Both the position numbers and the translations under genes were made by a program. The notes under the pieces are model-generated. The model was not told where the DNA came from and did not search any database. It worked only from the letters and a program-made list of their open reading frames with translations. Of a DNA stretch of 64,000 bases, positions 36,268-47,288 are shown piece by piece. Source of the stretch: a virus. Where the stretch lies: positions 1,364 to 65,363 of IMG/VR virus record IMGVR_UViG_3300045988_055134. One strand, 5' to 3'. How positions within the stretch are numbered: the stretch's first letter is position 1; the number at the start of each line of letters is the position of its first letter.

Positions 36268-36771
36268 ATGATTGTGATTTATACAGATGGTTCAACCTTG
36301 AAGAACGGCGATAAAAACGCTAAAGGTGGTTTCGGTGTTGTAGTTTGTGAAGCCGAACCGTATCAGGATCCAGAAACTTATAAGGTAATTGCCGCATACT
36401 CAGAACGAGCTGAAGGCACTACAAACAATAGAATGGAAATGTCCGCAATCTTGTGGGCTATCAATAACTATGGAGCTAAAGATGGTGATTTCTTTGTTCC
36501 TGTTGTTTATAGCGATTCTATGTATTGCGTGAATAGTTTCACTAATTGGATTAAGAACTGGAAGGCAAATGGCTGGGTTCGCGCCGGCAACAAACCATTA
36601 GAAAACAAGGATTTAATTCTTGAATATGATAGACTTACATCAAAAGAAGGATTAAAAATAGATTTACGATATGTAAAAGGACATAATGGAACACTATTTA
36701 ATGAGCTTGCTGATCAATTAGCTACTGGCAAAATTACTGAACAGCAAGTATTAGATATGTATGGAGGTTAA
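36268..36771 (+). CDS. rnhA: ribonuclease HI
   Basis: IYTDGS...TNNRMEM...GHNG..NELAD motifs. Confidence 0.8.
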   Translation: MIVIYTDGSTLKNGDKNAKGGFGVVVCEAEPYQDPETYKVIAAYSERAEGTTNNRMEMSAILWAINNYGAKDGDFFVPVVYSDSMYCVNSFTNWIKNWKANGWVRAGNKPLENKDLILEYDRLTSKEGLKIDLRYVKGHNGTLFNELADQLATGKITEQQVLDMYGG

Positions 36772-36773
36772 AG

Positions 36774-38672
36774 ATGGGAAAACTATATGATGAGAAGTCA
36801 ATTGAGTCACTCTCGCCTCTTGAATTTACAAGACTGCGGCCAGGTGTTTACGTCGGCAGTACTGAGTATTCTACTCAGCTGTTGATTGAGATTGTATCTA
36901 ACGCGGTTGACGAGTTTAAAGCTGGGCATGGTAATAAAATTAACGTGACTATTAAGAAAGATAATACTATTATCGTGGAAGATAATGGTCAGGGTTTTAT
37001 TCCTAACGCCAAGCGAGACGATGGAAAGACCGTTCTTGAAGCATCTTTTAGCGTACTCAATACTTCTGGTAAGTATTCTGATGATGGCGTTTATGAAGGT
37101 ACAGCTCTTGGCTTGAACGGTATCGGTAGTAAGCTGACCACTTATCTTTCTCATTGGCTCGAAGTAATCAGTCATAGAGATGGTAAGTATGAACATATCT
37201 GGTTCAAGGAAGGCGTCTTCGAGAAGCGTGAATGTGGCGCATGGGATAATAAAAATTATCCTTCTGGTACTCTTGTTCAGTGGCAGCCAAGTGAAGAGTT
37301 CTTCACTCATCCAGAAGTAGATATGCCAGTTATTATCAACCTCTTTAAAGTAATTGCGTGTCTGTGTCCCGGTCTGACTATCGAGCTAAATAGAGAGAGA
37401 CAGCCGCAGATTATTTTCGCTTCTAAGAATGGTCTTATGGACTTAGTAGATGAAGCAGTAAAGGGCAAGGAGATTTTGAAAAACCGTCTGAACTTCAACT
37501 TTTCTGATAACAAGAACAAGCTGGATTTAGTTCTGACCTACACAAATTCTTATTCTGCAACCATTGTTCCGTATGTAAATACTGGTCTTACAGATTCAGG
37601 TCCGCATATTACGCAGGTAAAGACTATTCTCACTAGAGAAATGAATAAGTTCTTCCGTGAGAAAGGTTGGCTGAAAGACAAGGACGAAAATCTCACGGGT
37701 GAAGATTGTCAAGAAGGCGTATATATCGCATTCAACGTAACTGCGCCGGGTGTTGCATATGATGCGCAGACCAAGAGTAGAGTAGTTAAACTTGACATGA
37801 AGCCATTTACCTCGGCAATCGCTGAAGAGCTTCAATATTGGCTCGCAGCGAATGAAAAAGATGTCAAGAAGATTGCGGATAAGGCTCTTAATGCGCGTAA
37901 GGCTAGAGAAGCAGCACGTAAAGCGCGTGATGCTGCTCGTGGTGTAAAGGGTAAGAAAGAAACCGGTTTAAAGGCAAAAATGCAAATCAGTAATAAGTTT
38001 ATTGATTGCACAAATAAGAACCCCAAAAACCGTAATCTTCTGGTAGTAGAGGGCTTGTCTGCAGGTGCCTCCGCAGTAGAAGCCCGCAATCCAAAGACAG
38101 ATTGCATCTATATGTTGCGTGGTAAAATTGTATCTCCGCTTAAAACTGCGGTAGAAAAAATTCTTGCTAATCAAGAGATGTCTGATATTGTGCGTGTAAT
38201 TGGCGCCGGATTTGGTTCTTCTTTTGATGTCAACAAGATGAATTTCGACAAGGTTGTTATTACTTCTGATGCTGATAGTGATGGCGCGGACATTGAGTTG
38301 CTGCTGATTACTTTCTTCTATACTTATATGCGCCCTCTTGTGGAAGCTGGTAAGCTATACAGAGCTGTAACTCCGTTGTATATTATTCGTCATAAGGGAA
38401 ATGAGTATTACTGTTACACAGAAGATGAACTGACTGAATGGAAGAATACTCATACCGGTTCATACGACCTGCTTCGCGCAAAGGGCCTTGGTGAGTTAAA
38501 TCCTGAGGATTTGCAGAAAGTATGTTTTATGAATGAGAGATATAAACGTATTTCTATCTCTGATGCAGAGAAAACCACGGAATTGTTAAATATTCTCATG
38601 GGTAGTGCAGTGGAACCTCGCAAGCAGTATATCTATGATAATGCTAATGAATTAGGTTTCAATTTTGAGTAA
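36774..38672 (+). CDS. type II DNA topoisomerase ATPase/Toprim subunit (GyrB/T4 gp39-like)
   Basis: GHKL ATPase and Toprim EGLSAGAS motifs. Confidence 0.8.
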   Translation: MGKLYDEKSIESLSPLEFTRLRPGVYVGSTEYSTQLLIEIVSNAVDEFKAGHGNKINVTIKKDNTIIVEDNGQGFIPNAKRDDGKTVLEASFSVLNTSGKYSDDGVYEGTALGLNGIGSKLTTYLSHWLEVISHRDGKYEHIWFKEGVFEKRECGAWDNKNYPSGTLVQWQPSEEFFTHPEVDMPVIINLFKVIACLCPGLTIELNRERQPQIIFASKNGLMDLVDEAVKGKEILKNRLNFNFSDNKNKLDLVLTYTNSYSATIVPYVNTGLTDSGPHITQVKTILTREMNKFFREKGWLKDKDENLTGEDCQEGVYIAFNVTAPGVAYDAQTKSRVVKLDMKPFTSAIAEELQYWLAANEKDVKKIADKALNARKAREAARKARDAARGVKGKKETGLKAKMQISNKFIDCTNKNPKNRNLLVVEGLSAGASAVEARNPKTDCIYMLRGKIVSPLKTAVEKILANQEMSDIVRVIGAGFGSSFDVNKMNFDKVVITSDADSDGADIELLLITFFYTYMRPLVEAGKLYRAVTPLYIIRHKGNEYYCYTEDELTEWKNTHTGSYDLLRAKGLGELNPEDLQKVCFMNERYKRISISDAEKTTELLNILMGSAVEPRKQYIYDNANELGFNFE

Positions 38673-38686
38673 TAAGGAGTGATTTT

Positions 38687-41050
38687 ATGAGTTTGATTAC
38701 TGAAGTTGATATTCTTGATGAAGCGAAAGATAATTTCTTGACATATGCAGAAGAAGTCTTGACTGATCGAGCCATCCCCGCCGCAGAGGATGGACTCCTT
38801 AGTGCTCAACGAAAAATCCTGTGGACTATGGAAGATTACTTAAAAATGGATAGCAAGAGTAAAACAAAGAAGTGTAATGCTATCATTGGCTCTACGCTTG
38901 CGACCTCTTATTTCCATGGCGATATTGCTTGTTATGGCGTTCTTCGTAAGATGGCACAGGAATTTCTTATGCGTTATCCTCTTGTTACAGGACAGGGGCA
39001 GCTGGGTACGCAAGAGAGCAATGATATGTTCTCGTCTTCTCGTTATACTGAAGCTAAGCCATCTAAGTTTACTGATCTAATGATGAATGACTTTGCTAAG
39101 AAAGTTGTTCCAACAAAAGAAACTTATAATGGTGAGTTCCAGGAGCCAATTATTCTCCCGTCGTTGTTCCCTAATGCTATCTGCAATGGTCGTCAAGCTA
39201 TTGGTATTTCAATGGCACATAATTCCGCGCCACACAATCTTACTGAGGTATGTAACGCGGCAATTGCACTAATTAAAAAGGGCAATCTTTCTATTGATGA
39301 AGTATTGTCTTATATTCCCGGTCCAGATTTTCCTCTCGGCGGCACAGTTCTTAATATTAAGGATGTGCGGACTGCGTTTGCATCTGGCAAATCTAATGTA
39401 TCACTTAAAATTCAAGGTGATTATGAGATTGACGGGCAAGACATTATTTTTACAAGTATCCCTTATCGCACTTATCGTAACAAGATTAAAGAGCAGATCG
39501 AAAAGAATATTGATGTTCTGAGCGAGATGATTGACGACTTTGATGATGAGTCTAATATCGGTCAGAATAGACTGGTGTTTCATATTAAAGATGGTGTTTC
39601 TGTATCTAAAGCCTTGAACAAGCTGTTTCTGCTGACTGATTTGCAGTCTACGCTATCTTACAATATGAATTACATTGTCAATGGTACACCTAAGTTATGT
39701 TCTATGGTGGATCTACTGCGAGCTTATGTAGACCATCAGGAAAATGTGTTAATCAATGCGATAACCTTTGATAAAGAAAAAGCAGAAGCAAGAGCACATA
39801 TCTTAGAAGGTCTGATTGCGGCAGTTGATAAAATTGACGATGTAATCGCGCTTATCAAACAGTCTGCTGGTCGCGCAGATGCCCGCGCTAAGTTGATGGA
39901 ATTTCTTACCGTTGATGAAGTGCAGGCAAATGCAATTCTTGATATGAAGCTCGGTAAATTAACACGCATTGACAAGGAAGAACTTGTAAATGAGTTGAAA
40001 GAAAAGAGAGTTTTTATCGAGGAGTGTATCAATCTTTTAACTAATAAGGAAATCCGCAACCGAGTTCTTATCGAGAAAATCTCTAAGTTAAGAGATACTT
40101 ATGGTGACGCTCGTAGAACTAAACTTCTCAATGTCGATATTCCTAAGCAGGAAAAAGAGATGGTAGTAGTCGAACCAAAGGACTGCGTTGTAGTAGTTTC
40201 TAAAAAGAACATTATCAAGAGAATTGATGCTAAGAGTTTTAAAGCGCAGAAACGCAATACTGTTGGTGTTAAGACTGGAGATATTATTATCTTTTCGCAG
40301 AGAACTAATACTCAGGATACTTTAATGGTATTCTCGTCTAAGGGTAAAATGTATCGTATACTGGTAGACAATATTCCAGAGGGTACTAATGCATCTAATG
40401 GTGCGCCTATCTCTAGCTTAATTGAATTTGAGAATGGCGAAGTACCTATGGCATTTACTACTCTAACAAGAGATACAGATAAGAAATTTATTTTCTTTGC
40501 TACCAAAAATGGCACTATTAAAAAGGTTCCGTTAAATGAGTACGATAAAATGAAGCGTACTGGCATTATTGCAATTAGCTTCAAGGGCGATGATGAACTC
40601 GTAGATGTTACATTTATTAATCAAGAGCAGATGATTCTTGTAACTAAAAATGGTATGACCATTCGCTTTGGAACCGCGGAAATGCCCATTTCTTCGCGTA
40701 CAGCGCAAGGTGTAAAGGGTATGAAACTAAATGATGGAGATAGCGTAATCGCGGCTTTGCCGATCACAGATCCCGCAGACTATCTTGCTATTGTTTCTAA
40801 GAATGGCTTAGGCAAGAAAATTAAGATTGATGAACTTACACTCCAGAATCGTGGAGGTAAGGGTCTGATGTGCTATAAGGAAGAAATTGCGGGTGCGGAG
40901 ATTATTAAGGAAACTGATAATCTCCTCATCAATGGTAATAAATCTTCTATTGTTATTAGTGGTAAGGATATTCCCACTCTTGGAAGAGCTTCTATGGGTA
41001 ATATCATGCTGAAGAATAACGATCAGACTATCTCTATTACGCGAGTATAA
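38687..41050 (+). CDS. type II DNA topoisomerase subunit A (GyrA/T4 gp52-like)
   Basis: AAEDGLLSAQRKILW region; C-terminal beta-pinwheel repeats. Confidence 0.8.
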   Translation: MSLITEVDILDEAKDNFLTYAEEVLTDRAIPAAEDGLLSAQRKILWTMEDYLKMDSKSKTKKCNAIIGSTLATSYFHGDIACYGVLRKMAQEFLMRYPLVTGQGQLGTQESNDMFSSSRYTEAKPSKFTDLMMNDFAKKVVPTKETYNGEFQEPIILPSLFPNAICNGRQAIGISMAHNSAPHNLTEVCNAAIALIKKGNLSIDEVLSYIPGPDFPLGGTVLNIKDVRTAFASGKSNVSLKIQGDYEIDGQDIIFTSIPYRTYRNKIKEQIEKNIDVLSEMIDDFDDESNIGQNRLVFHIKDGVSVSKALNKLFLLTDLQSTLSYNMNYIVNGTPKLCSMVDLLRAYVDHQENVLINAITFDKEKAEARAHILEGLIAAVDKIDDVIALIKQSAGRADARAKLMEFLTVDEVQANAILDMKLGKLTRIDKEELVNELKEKRVFIEECINLLTNKEIRNRVLIEKISKLRDTYGDARRTKLLNVDIPKQEKEMVVVEPKDCVVVVSKKNIIKRIDAKSFKAQKRNTVGVKTGDIIIFSQRTNTQDTLMVFSSKGKMYRILVDNIPEGTNASNGAPISSLIEFENGEVPMAFTTLTRDTDKKFIFFATKNGTIKKVPLNEYDKMKRTGIIAISFKGDDELVDVTFINQEQMILVTKNGMTIRFGTAEMPISSRTAQGVKGMKLNDGDSVIAALPITDPADYLAIVSKNGLGKKIKIDELTLQNRGGKGLMCYKEEIAGAEIIKETDNLLINGNKSSIVISGKDIPTLGRASMGNIMLKNNDQTISITRV

Positions 41051-41086
41051 TAAGAAAGAATGGCTATGCCATTCTTTCTTTTATTG
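41051..41086 (+). terminator. rho-independent terminator
   Basis: AAGAAAGAATGGC/GCCATTCTTTCTT. Confidence 0.7.
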
Positions 41087-41143
41087 ACTTTTCTTTTTAA
41101 TTATTATATTATATTCATATAAAAGAAAGGGTAATAACAATAA

Positions 41144-42292
41144 ATGAGTTTTGATAAAGAAAAGATACATGAATTGTATCCCGAAGCAGAGGAGCTAATG
41201 ATTGAGCCGATGCTTATTTGGAAGCTCCCAGCAGGCAAGGAATCTATGCTTTCTGAAGTATGCTCTAATGGAGAATACTTTCTTGAAGAGAAGATCGATG
41301 GAGCCTTTTATCAGTTTGTAAAAACCGAAAATCATTGTTATCTTTTTGGTCGCACGGTAAGTAAATTATCTGGTATTCTTACAGAAAAAAGTGACAATGT
41401 ACCTCACCTAAAAGAAGCATTGAACTGCCTTCCCGCGGGAACAATTCTCATTGGAGAAATTTATGTTCCCGGTGGTACATCGAAAGATACTGTAAGTATT
41501 ATGGGTTGTCTTCCAACTCTTGCTATCAAGAGACAGAAAGACGCTCCAATTCATTACTATGTGCATGACATTATTGCATATGATAGCGTCAATCTTATTA
41601 ACTCACCTGCGGATTTGCGCTATAAAATTCTTGCAGCAATCTGGGAGAAACATAATCTTAACCAGTATAGTTTCTTGAGACTTGCTACTCGTGTTGACGA
41701 AGATATGGAAGCTGAAATCTCTCGTATCTTAAAATCTGGTGGTGAGGGCGTAGTTCTAAAGAAGAAAGACTATCCATATAGTCCTGGTAAAAGACCCGCT
41801 TGGTCTACTATTAAAGTTAAACAGATGGATTCTATTGACCTAATTTGTACGGGTTTTTGTGATGCTACTAAAGAATATACTGGTAAGGAGCTAGAAACCT
41901 GGCCCTATTGGGAAGAGCGCGGTGAGCAAAATCAAGATGGTGAATATACTTGGCTATTAAGCGAAGGTCAGTATTATGAGGATTATATTCATAATCCTCA
42001 TATTTATAGACCAGTAACCAAACCTTATTTTCTTGGCTGGAAAACCGCAATTAGAATTGGAGCATACAATGATAAAGGTGAACTTATTGACTTAGGTACA
42101 GTTAGCTCTGGTTTAACTGACGATAACAAAAGAGAGATGACTGAACATCCAGAATTGTGGCTTGATAAGGTTGTAGCTCTTGATTGTATGCAAGTTGACA
42201 AGAAAGAACACACTCTGCGGCATCCTGTTTTCAAGTGTAAGAGAGATGATAAGGATGCGAAAGATTGCGTAATATCAGAAATTTTTTGTTGA
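41144..42292 (+). CDS. ATP-dependent DNA ligase
   Basis: Motif I EEKIDGA (KxDG). Confidence 0.75.
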   Translation: MSFDKEKIHELYPEAEELMIEPMLIWKLPAGKESMLSEVCSNGEYFLEEKIDGAFYQFVKTENHCYLFGRTVSKLSGILTEKSDNVPHLKEALNCLPAGTILIGEIYVPGGTSKDTVSIMGCLPTLAIKRQKDAPIHYYVHDIIAYDSVNLINSPADLRYKILAAIWEKHNLNQYSFLRLATRVDEDMEAEISRILKSGGEGVVLKKKDYPYSPGKRPAWSTIKVKQMDSIDLICTGFCDATKEYTGKELETWPYWEERGEQNQDGEYTWLLSEGQYYEDYIHNPHIYRPVTKPYFLGWKTAIRIGAYNDKGELIDLGTVSSGLTDDNKREMTEHPELWLDKVVALDCMQVDKKEHTLRHPVFKCKRDDKDAKDCVISEIFC

Positions 42293-42308
42293 CTTAAAAA
42301 ATATTTTC

Positions 42309-42317
42309 TGATATAAT
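42309..42317 (+). promoter_or_regulatory. extended -10 element TGATATAAT
   Basis: Promoter family member. Confidence 0.5.
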
Positions 42318-42363
42318 ATATAATGTAATCAGGAAGCAATAGAAAAGTTAAAGGACAGATTAT

Positions 42364-42564
42364 ATGACCCGAAAACAGATGAAGAAGTTCGCGGACGAAA
42401 TCTACAAATGCGAACTTATTCACCAAGATGAAAATGCTTCGAAAGAAGCAAAATCTCGTGCTGAAGATAGAATCATATCTCTTACTAATCAAATTATGGC
42501 TCTATCAGACGGGATAAATGCTTTACTGGAAATTGATGCAATGATAGCATCGAAAAATAAATAA
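42364..42564 (+). CDS. hypothetical protein
   Basis: ORF of 66 aa. Confidence 0.45.
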   Translation: MTRKQMKKFADEIYKCELIHQDENASKEAKSRAEDRIISLTNQIMALSDGINALLEIDAMIASKNK

Positions 42565-42589
42565 ATGTATTAAGAGAGGAAAAATTATT

Positions 42590-42853
42590 ATGGCTATGAA
42601 GGAAAACACTCGTAAGGTTTTTGATTATCTAAAGGACAATGCTGGCAAGGATCTGACCGCTGCTGACATCGCTGAGGTTCTTGGTCTTGAGAAGCGCCAG
42701 GTTGATGGCATCTTTACATCTGCTCTACAGCGCAAGGATCTTGGCGTTCGTGAGCCGGCTGAGGTTGAGCTTGCCGATGGCTCCCATCAGAAGGTTAAGT
42801 ATCTCCGCTTGACCGACAAGGGCATGGCTTTCGATCCTGATGCACAGGAGTAA
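42590..42853 (+). CDS. hypothetical protein (GC-rich)
   Basis: GAGAGGAAAAA RBS. Confidence 0.5.
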   Translation: MAMKENTRKVFDYLKDNAGKDLTAADIAEVLGLEKRQVDGIFTSALQRKDLGVREPAEVELADGSHQKVKYLRLTDKGMAFDPDAQE

Positions 42854-42861
42854 TAAATTGA

Positions 42862-42898
42862 GAGTCGGTAAGAGAATATCTCTTACCGACTTCTTTTA
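42862..42898 (+). terminator. rho-independent terminator
   Basis: AGTCGGTAAGAGA/TCTCTTACCGACT followed by a T-run. Confidence 0.75.
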
Positions 42899-42901
42899 AT
42901 T

Positions 42902-43813
42902 ATGATATATTTACTATTAGGTTTAATTATTGCTGCTTTGGCAGGATATGCTGTCCACCTCCGCAATGATCGGCTTAAAGTAGTATCAATAAATAGAGAG
43001 CGATAGGCAGAAAATGAGCGCATTGAATCAGATATTGAACGACATAATCTAGATTTAATGTAGCTAAAAGCTAACATAGATTAGTAGAATGAAGTTATCA
43101 ACTCTTTAATTGATACAGCTACTAAAATGCGGGAAAACGCAGAGCAGCAAGCTAAAGAAAGCGCAAAGACAATATATGCGCGAGAAACTGAAAAGTTAGA
43201 AAAAGTCTATCAAGAGTTCGAACAGCAAAAGGAAAAAGAACTCGCGGAAATCGCCTAGTAGGTTCTAGTAGAACAAGACAAACTGGAGCAGTTAGAAGCT
43301 AAATAGTTAGCATATATCCAAGCTCAATAGCGTCAAGAAGAGAGTGCCGCAAATTAGGACTATTATAGACTAACTATTGATGATTTAAGTGTTAATGATA
43401 TAAGTCTGTTGCGAGAATTATAGACTCGTTTCTTCAAGAAAGAAGCTATTGATAAGTTAATTTGGGAAACTTATTATAAGCCATCTTATGATGCACTTAT
43501 GAGTAAGTTATTTCCAAAAGCCTCTAAAGTCTGTGGTATCTATAAGATTACCAATTTAATCACTGGCTAGGCCTATATTGGTCAATCTGTTGATATTAAA
43601 GAACGTTTTAGGCAACATATTAAAACTTCTTTAGCTTACGGTCCAGCAACTAATAAGCTATATCAGGCAATGCAAAAATCCGGACAGCATAATTTCATGT
43701 TCGAAGTTTTGGAAGAAGTGCCTCGAGCTTAGTTGAATGAGCGAGAGACTTATTGGATTGAGTTCTATAAAACAAAAGATTATGGTCTAAATAGTACCAG
43801 AGGAGGCTCCTAA
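42902..43813 (+). CDS. 303-codon ORF carrying about 12 in-frame TAG codons: N-terminal TM helix, Gln/Glu coiled coil, C-terminal GIY-YIG nuclease domain (possible internal start at 43499)
   Basis: Continuous frame from ATG 42902 to TAA 43811 if TAG is sense; GIYKITNLITG-TAG-AYIGQS...YWIEFYK motif. Confidence 0.55.
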
Positions 43814-44118
43814 TGTTTAAGGTAATTACAAATAGAGGAGCTGGTAAAACAGCTACCTTAATGCGATATGCTAATTAGCTTGCTAAAGAAAATCCCGACA
43901 AGCAAGTTTTATTTGTTGGTAATGCCCCTTCTTCTCAGGTAAAACGATTTATTACAGAAGTGGGACCTCTTCCATCAAACTTGGGATTTATTAGCTATTC
44001 ATATTATATGGATAACTTTAGAGGCAAGAGATGCGTCGCCGTTGTAGATGATTTAGATTATTGGTTAGCTAGTAATTTTAATGTAGTAGGCTATTCTAAT
44101 ACAGTGGGAGAATCATAA
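43813..44118 (+). CDS. 101-aa protein with P-loop-like TNRGAGKT and one in-frame TAG
   Basis: TAATG coupling; frame open to TAA 44116. Confidence 0.45.
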
Positions 44119-44756
44119 TGCAAGTAAATAATGTAAAAATTTATGACCTTGAAGAGAGCTTGGTCGCGGCAGGCTATCCAATGCGGACGACCGTGGAAAT
44201 GCGTGAAGCAACAGAGTAGGATGTAAAGCGTGGTACTAGACTATCAAAAGCAGCATCGGGTGGCAATGGCGCACATAATCAGTTTATGACTGGTATTAGA
44301 GTAGCTTTTGATTTAACCTGCTCTAATAAAATGTGGGTAGAGGCTGAGAGATACCGCTTCTTGGAGTTTGTAAGTTCTCAAAGCACGATGCACCGCATTA
44401 CCAAATTTGATGTGCGAGAGCAGTATAATGAATATGTTGATCCTCGTGTTATTGATATTATGGAAGAAAAAATCGCTCGTTATAACGCACTTGATCAAGC
44501 AAGAGCGCAGGCTGTAAAGGATAATAAGGTTGCTCTTGTTGTCAAATTAACCGAACAGATGAAACAATTATATCTTGAAATTCTTTATACAAATCCCGCG
44601 GGATTTGAGCTTACTGCGCGCATGACAACGAATTATCGTTGCCTAAAGAATATTTATGTTCAGCGTCACGACCATCGTCTCCCCGAATGGAGAGAGTTTT
44701 GCAAGTGGATTGAAACTCTTCCGTACGCACAAGAATTGATTCTTTGTGAAGCATGA
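44118..44756 (+). CDS. 212-aa hypothetical protein with one in-frame TAG (44217)
   Basis: ATG 44118 is in frame with ORF 44286-44756. Confidence 0.5.
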
Positions 44757-44769
44757 TAGACAACGCTAG

Positions 44770-44798
44770 TTGACATAACTTCTTTTTTATTGTATTAT
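44770..44798 (+). promoter_or_regulatory. promoter: TTGACA, 17-nt spacer, TG-TATTAT
   Basis: Consensus -35 plus extended -10. Confidence 0.6.
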
Positions 44799-44828
44799 AT
44801 ATACATAAAAAATAAAGGAAATGAATAA

Positions 44829-45209
44829 ATGAATAATAAGTATAAGCGTTTTATTGAATATTTCGATTGGCTCGTGCAGAATTGTAAAGAGCCAGTAAAT
44901 CTTCCTGACGAGGTTCAGGATGTCTATAATCTGTTGCGTGAGCAGCAAAATATGGAGAAGCCAATGTTCACAGAGAGTGGACTGGCAATTTTAGAATACT
45001 TACAGTCCTGTGATGCTACAAGTTAGAAAGCAAAAGATATTGCAGATGGAATGATTATTTCATCTCGTAAGATCTCTGGAGCTATTCGAAAACTCGTAAC
45101 CGATGGGTTTGTAGATAAATATGGCCAGAATCCTGTCATTTATAGCTTGACGGAAAAGGGTAAAAATTTTGATATTGACGGCTATAAAAACAATTTGAAC
45201 GAGAACTAA
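44829..45209 (+). CDS. winged-helix (MarR/PadR-like) DNA-binding protein with in-frame TAG (45024)
   Basis: The frame continues past the TAG into the wHTH segment ...ISGAIRKLVTDGFV... Confidence 0.5.
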
Positions 45210-45222
45210 AAGGAGAATAATA

Positions 45223-46176
45223 ATGTCCAAGAAAATGAAAAATGAATCTCATGTTGAAGGTTATGTTTACGAGCACAAGCTGGAAATGAAGAAGAGTGGT
45301 CCAAACTCTAAGAATCCGGGTACTGAGTTTATTAGCGGTATTCTGAGTGTCGCAACAGACGATGAACTGCTCAATGTTGTGCAGACTCATTTCACTTATG
45401 TTACTGCGGTAACTGCCAAGGGTAAGCCCAACAACACTTTCAATGTTCTTCAGTCTATTATCAGTGGTAAGATTGGTTCTGTTATGGAACATGGTAAGGA
45501 AAATGCGGGTAAGGTTCGTATTGATACTGCCATTGGTCTGAATGAGTGGTATGATAAGGATGACAAGCTCGTCTCTATTCGCCGCAATGAGGGTGGTTTT
45601 GTTCACCAGGTACAGGAGCTGTGTGAGCCAAAGAGCCGCGCAACTTTCAATACTGATATGGTAATTACCAATGTTCGTCGCATTGAGGCAGATGAAGAGC
45701 GCAATACTCCGGAAAAGGTAATTGTTAAGGGTTGTGTATTTGATTTCCGCAATGCACTGCTCCCTGTTGAGTTCAGTGTTTACGAGCCTCATGCTCCGGC
45801 AAAGGCACTTGATTACTTTGAAAATCTCGGTGCTTCTAGTAGTAATCCGGTATTTACTCGTGTTCAGGGTATTCAGGTATCTCGAACTATTGTTCGTAAG
45901 ATTGAGGAGGAAAATGCTTTTGGTGAAGCAATCGTCAAGGAAAGCCGTTCTTCTCAGCGTGATCTGGTAATCAACTGGGCACAGCCAGAAATTTATGAGT
46001 GGGATAGCGAAGATACTCTGCTCGCATCCGAGTTTGCTGAAATGATTTCTAATCGTGAGGTTCACCTCGCTGAAATCAAGCGACGTCAGGACGAGTATCA
46101 GGCTTCTCGCGGTAACGCATTGACCGGTGGCGCGACTAAGACTGCAACTCCTGCGAAGGGCGACTACAACTTCTAA
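45223..46176 (+). CDS. putative ssDNA-binding protein
   Basis: Position ahead of the replication genes; GC-rich and probably highly expressed; weak call. Confidence 0.4.
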   Translation: MSKKMKNESHVEGYVYEHKLEMKKSGPNSKNPGTEFISGILSVATDDELLNVVQTHFTYVTAVTAKGKPNNTFNVLQSIISGKIGSVMEHGKENAGKVRIDTAIGLNEWYDKDDKLVSIRRNEGGFVHQVQELCEPKSRATFNTDMVITNVRRIEADEERNTPEKVIVKGCVFDFRNALLPVEFSVYEPHAPAKALDYFENLGASSSNPVFTRVQGIQVSRTIVRKIEEENAFGEAIVKESRSSQRDLVINWAQPEIYEWDSEDTLLASEFAEMISNREVHLAEIKRRQDEYQASRGNALTGGATKTATPAKGDYNF

Positions 46177-46251
46177 TTGAATAAGGGGTAGTTAATCTAC
46201 CCCTTTTAATTCCTCATTAAATAAAAGAATATATAAAGGAGAAAATCATTT

Positions 46252-47226
46252 ATGAGTTTGCTAGACCTTAAACCGCATGAAGTATCAAGAGATCTAAGAG
46301 GATATTCCGTTTTGTTCTATGGCACTCCTAAGTCTGGTAAGACTACGATTGCCAGTAAGTTTCCGGGAGCACTGCTTCTCGCTTTTGAGAAAGGTTATAA
46401 TGCACTGCCAGGTGTATATGCCCAGCCGATCAATAGCTGGGGCGAATTTAAGAAGCTATTTACAGAGTTAAAAACTCCAGAAGTACAGGAAAAGTTCCAG
46501 ACCATTGTTATTGACACCGCAGATATTGCTTACAGCTATTGCGAAAAGTATATTTGCAACCGCGAAGGTGTTGATACCATCGCCGACCTTGCTTATGGTA
46601 AAGGCTATTCCATGGTTGGTACCGAATTTGACGAGGCAATCCGCAAGATTCTCCAGTTGAATTATGGTCTAATTCTTATTTCTCACTCTACCGATAAGGT
46701 ATTTAAAGACGAGGAAGGTAATGAGTATAATCAGATTGTTCCTACTCTTGATAAGAGAGGCCGTTTAATTTGCGAAAGAACTTGTGACATCATTGGTTAT
46801 TCTACTTCCGTAAATACTGATGAAGGTGTCCAAACCCGTCTCTTTATGAGAGGTACTCCTCGTTACGTAGCAGGTTCTCGTTTCAAGTATATTCCTAATT
46901 CTATTGAATTTACTTATGACAACTTGGTAAGCGCGATTGCGGGAGCTATTGATAAGCAGGCAGAAGAAACTGGTGGTAAGTTCATCTCTAACGAAGCAAC
47001 ACAGGTTGTTACAGAAGATGTTACTTATGATTTTGACCGACTAACAGCTCGTTTTCAGGAGCTTGTTGGTGAGCTGATGTCTGCAAATCAGTCCAATGCC
47101 GCGAAGATTACAGCTATTGTTGACAAGTATCTCGGTAAAGGAAAGAAAGTCGGAGAATGTTCTCCTGAGCAAGCTGAACAGATTGATCTTATTGTTCACG
47201 ACTTGGAGCTTCTGATCGCTGGCTAA
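46252..47226 (+). CDS. Sak4-like/AAA_24 RecA-fold ATPase
   Basis: LFYGTPKSGKTT Walker A. Confidence 0.7.
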   Translation: MSLLDLKPHEVSRDLRGYSVLFYGTPKSGKTTIASKFPGALLLAFEKGYNALPGVYAQPINSWGEFKKLFTELKTPEVQEKFQTIVIDTADIAYSYCEKYICNREGVDTIADLAYGKGYSMVGTEFDEAIRKILQLNYGLILISHSTDKVFKDEEGNEYNQIVPTLDKRGRLICERTCDIIGYSTSVNTDEGVQTRLFMRGTPRYVAGSRFKYIPNSIEFTYDNLVSAIAGAIDKQAEETGGKFISNEATQVVTEDVTYDFDRLTARFQELVGELMSANQSNAAKITAIVDKYLGKGKKVGECSPEQAEQIDLIVHDLELLIAG

Positions 47227-47228
47227 TA

Positions 47229-47272
47229 TAAAGGAGAGTATTATAAATAATACTCTCCTTTGATTTTTTATC
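47229..47272 (+). terminator. rho-independent terminator
   Basis: AAGGAGAGTATTAT/ATAATACTCTCCTT followed by a T-run. Confidence 0.75.
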
Positions 47273-47279
47273 ATAAATT

Positions 47280-47288
47280 TGATATAAT
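47280..47288 (+). promoter_or_regulatory. extended -10 element TGATATAAT
   Basis: Promoter family member. Confidence 0.5.
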
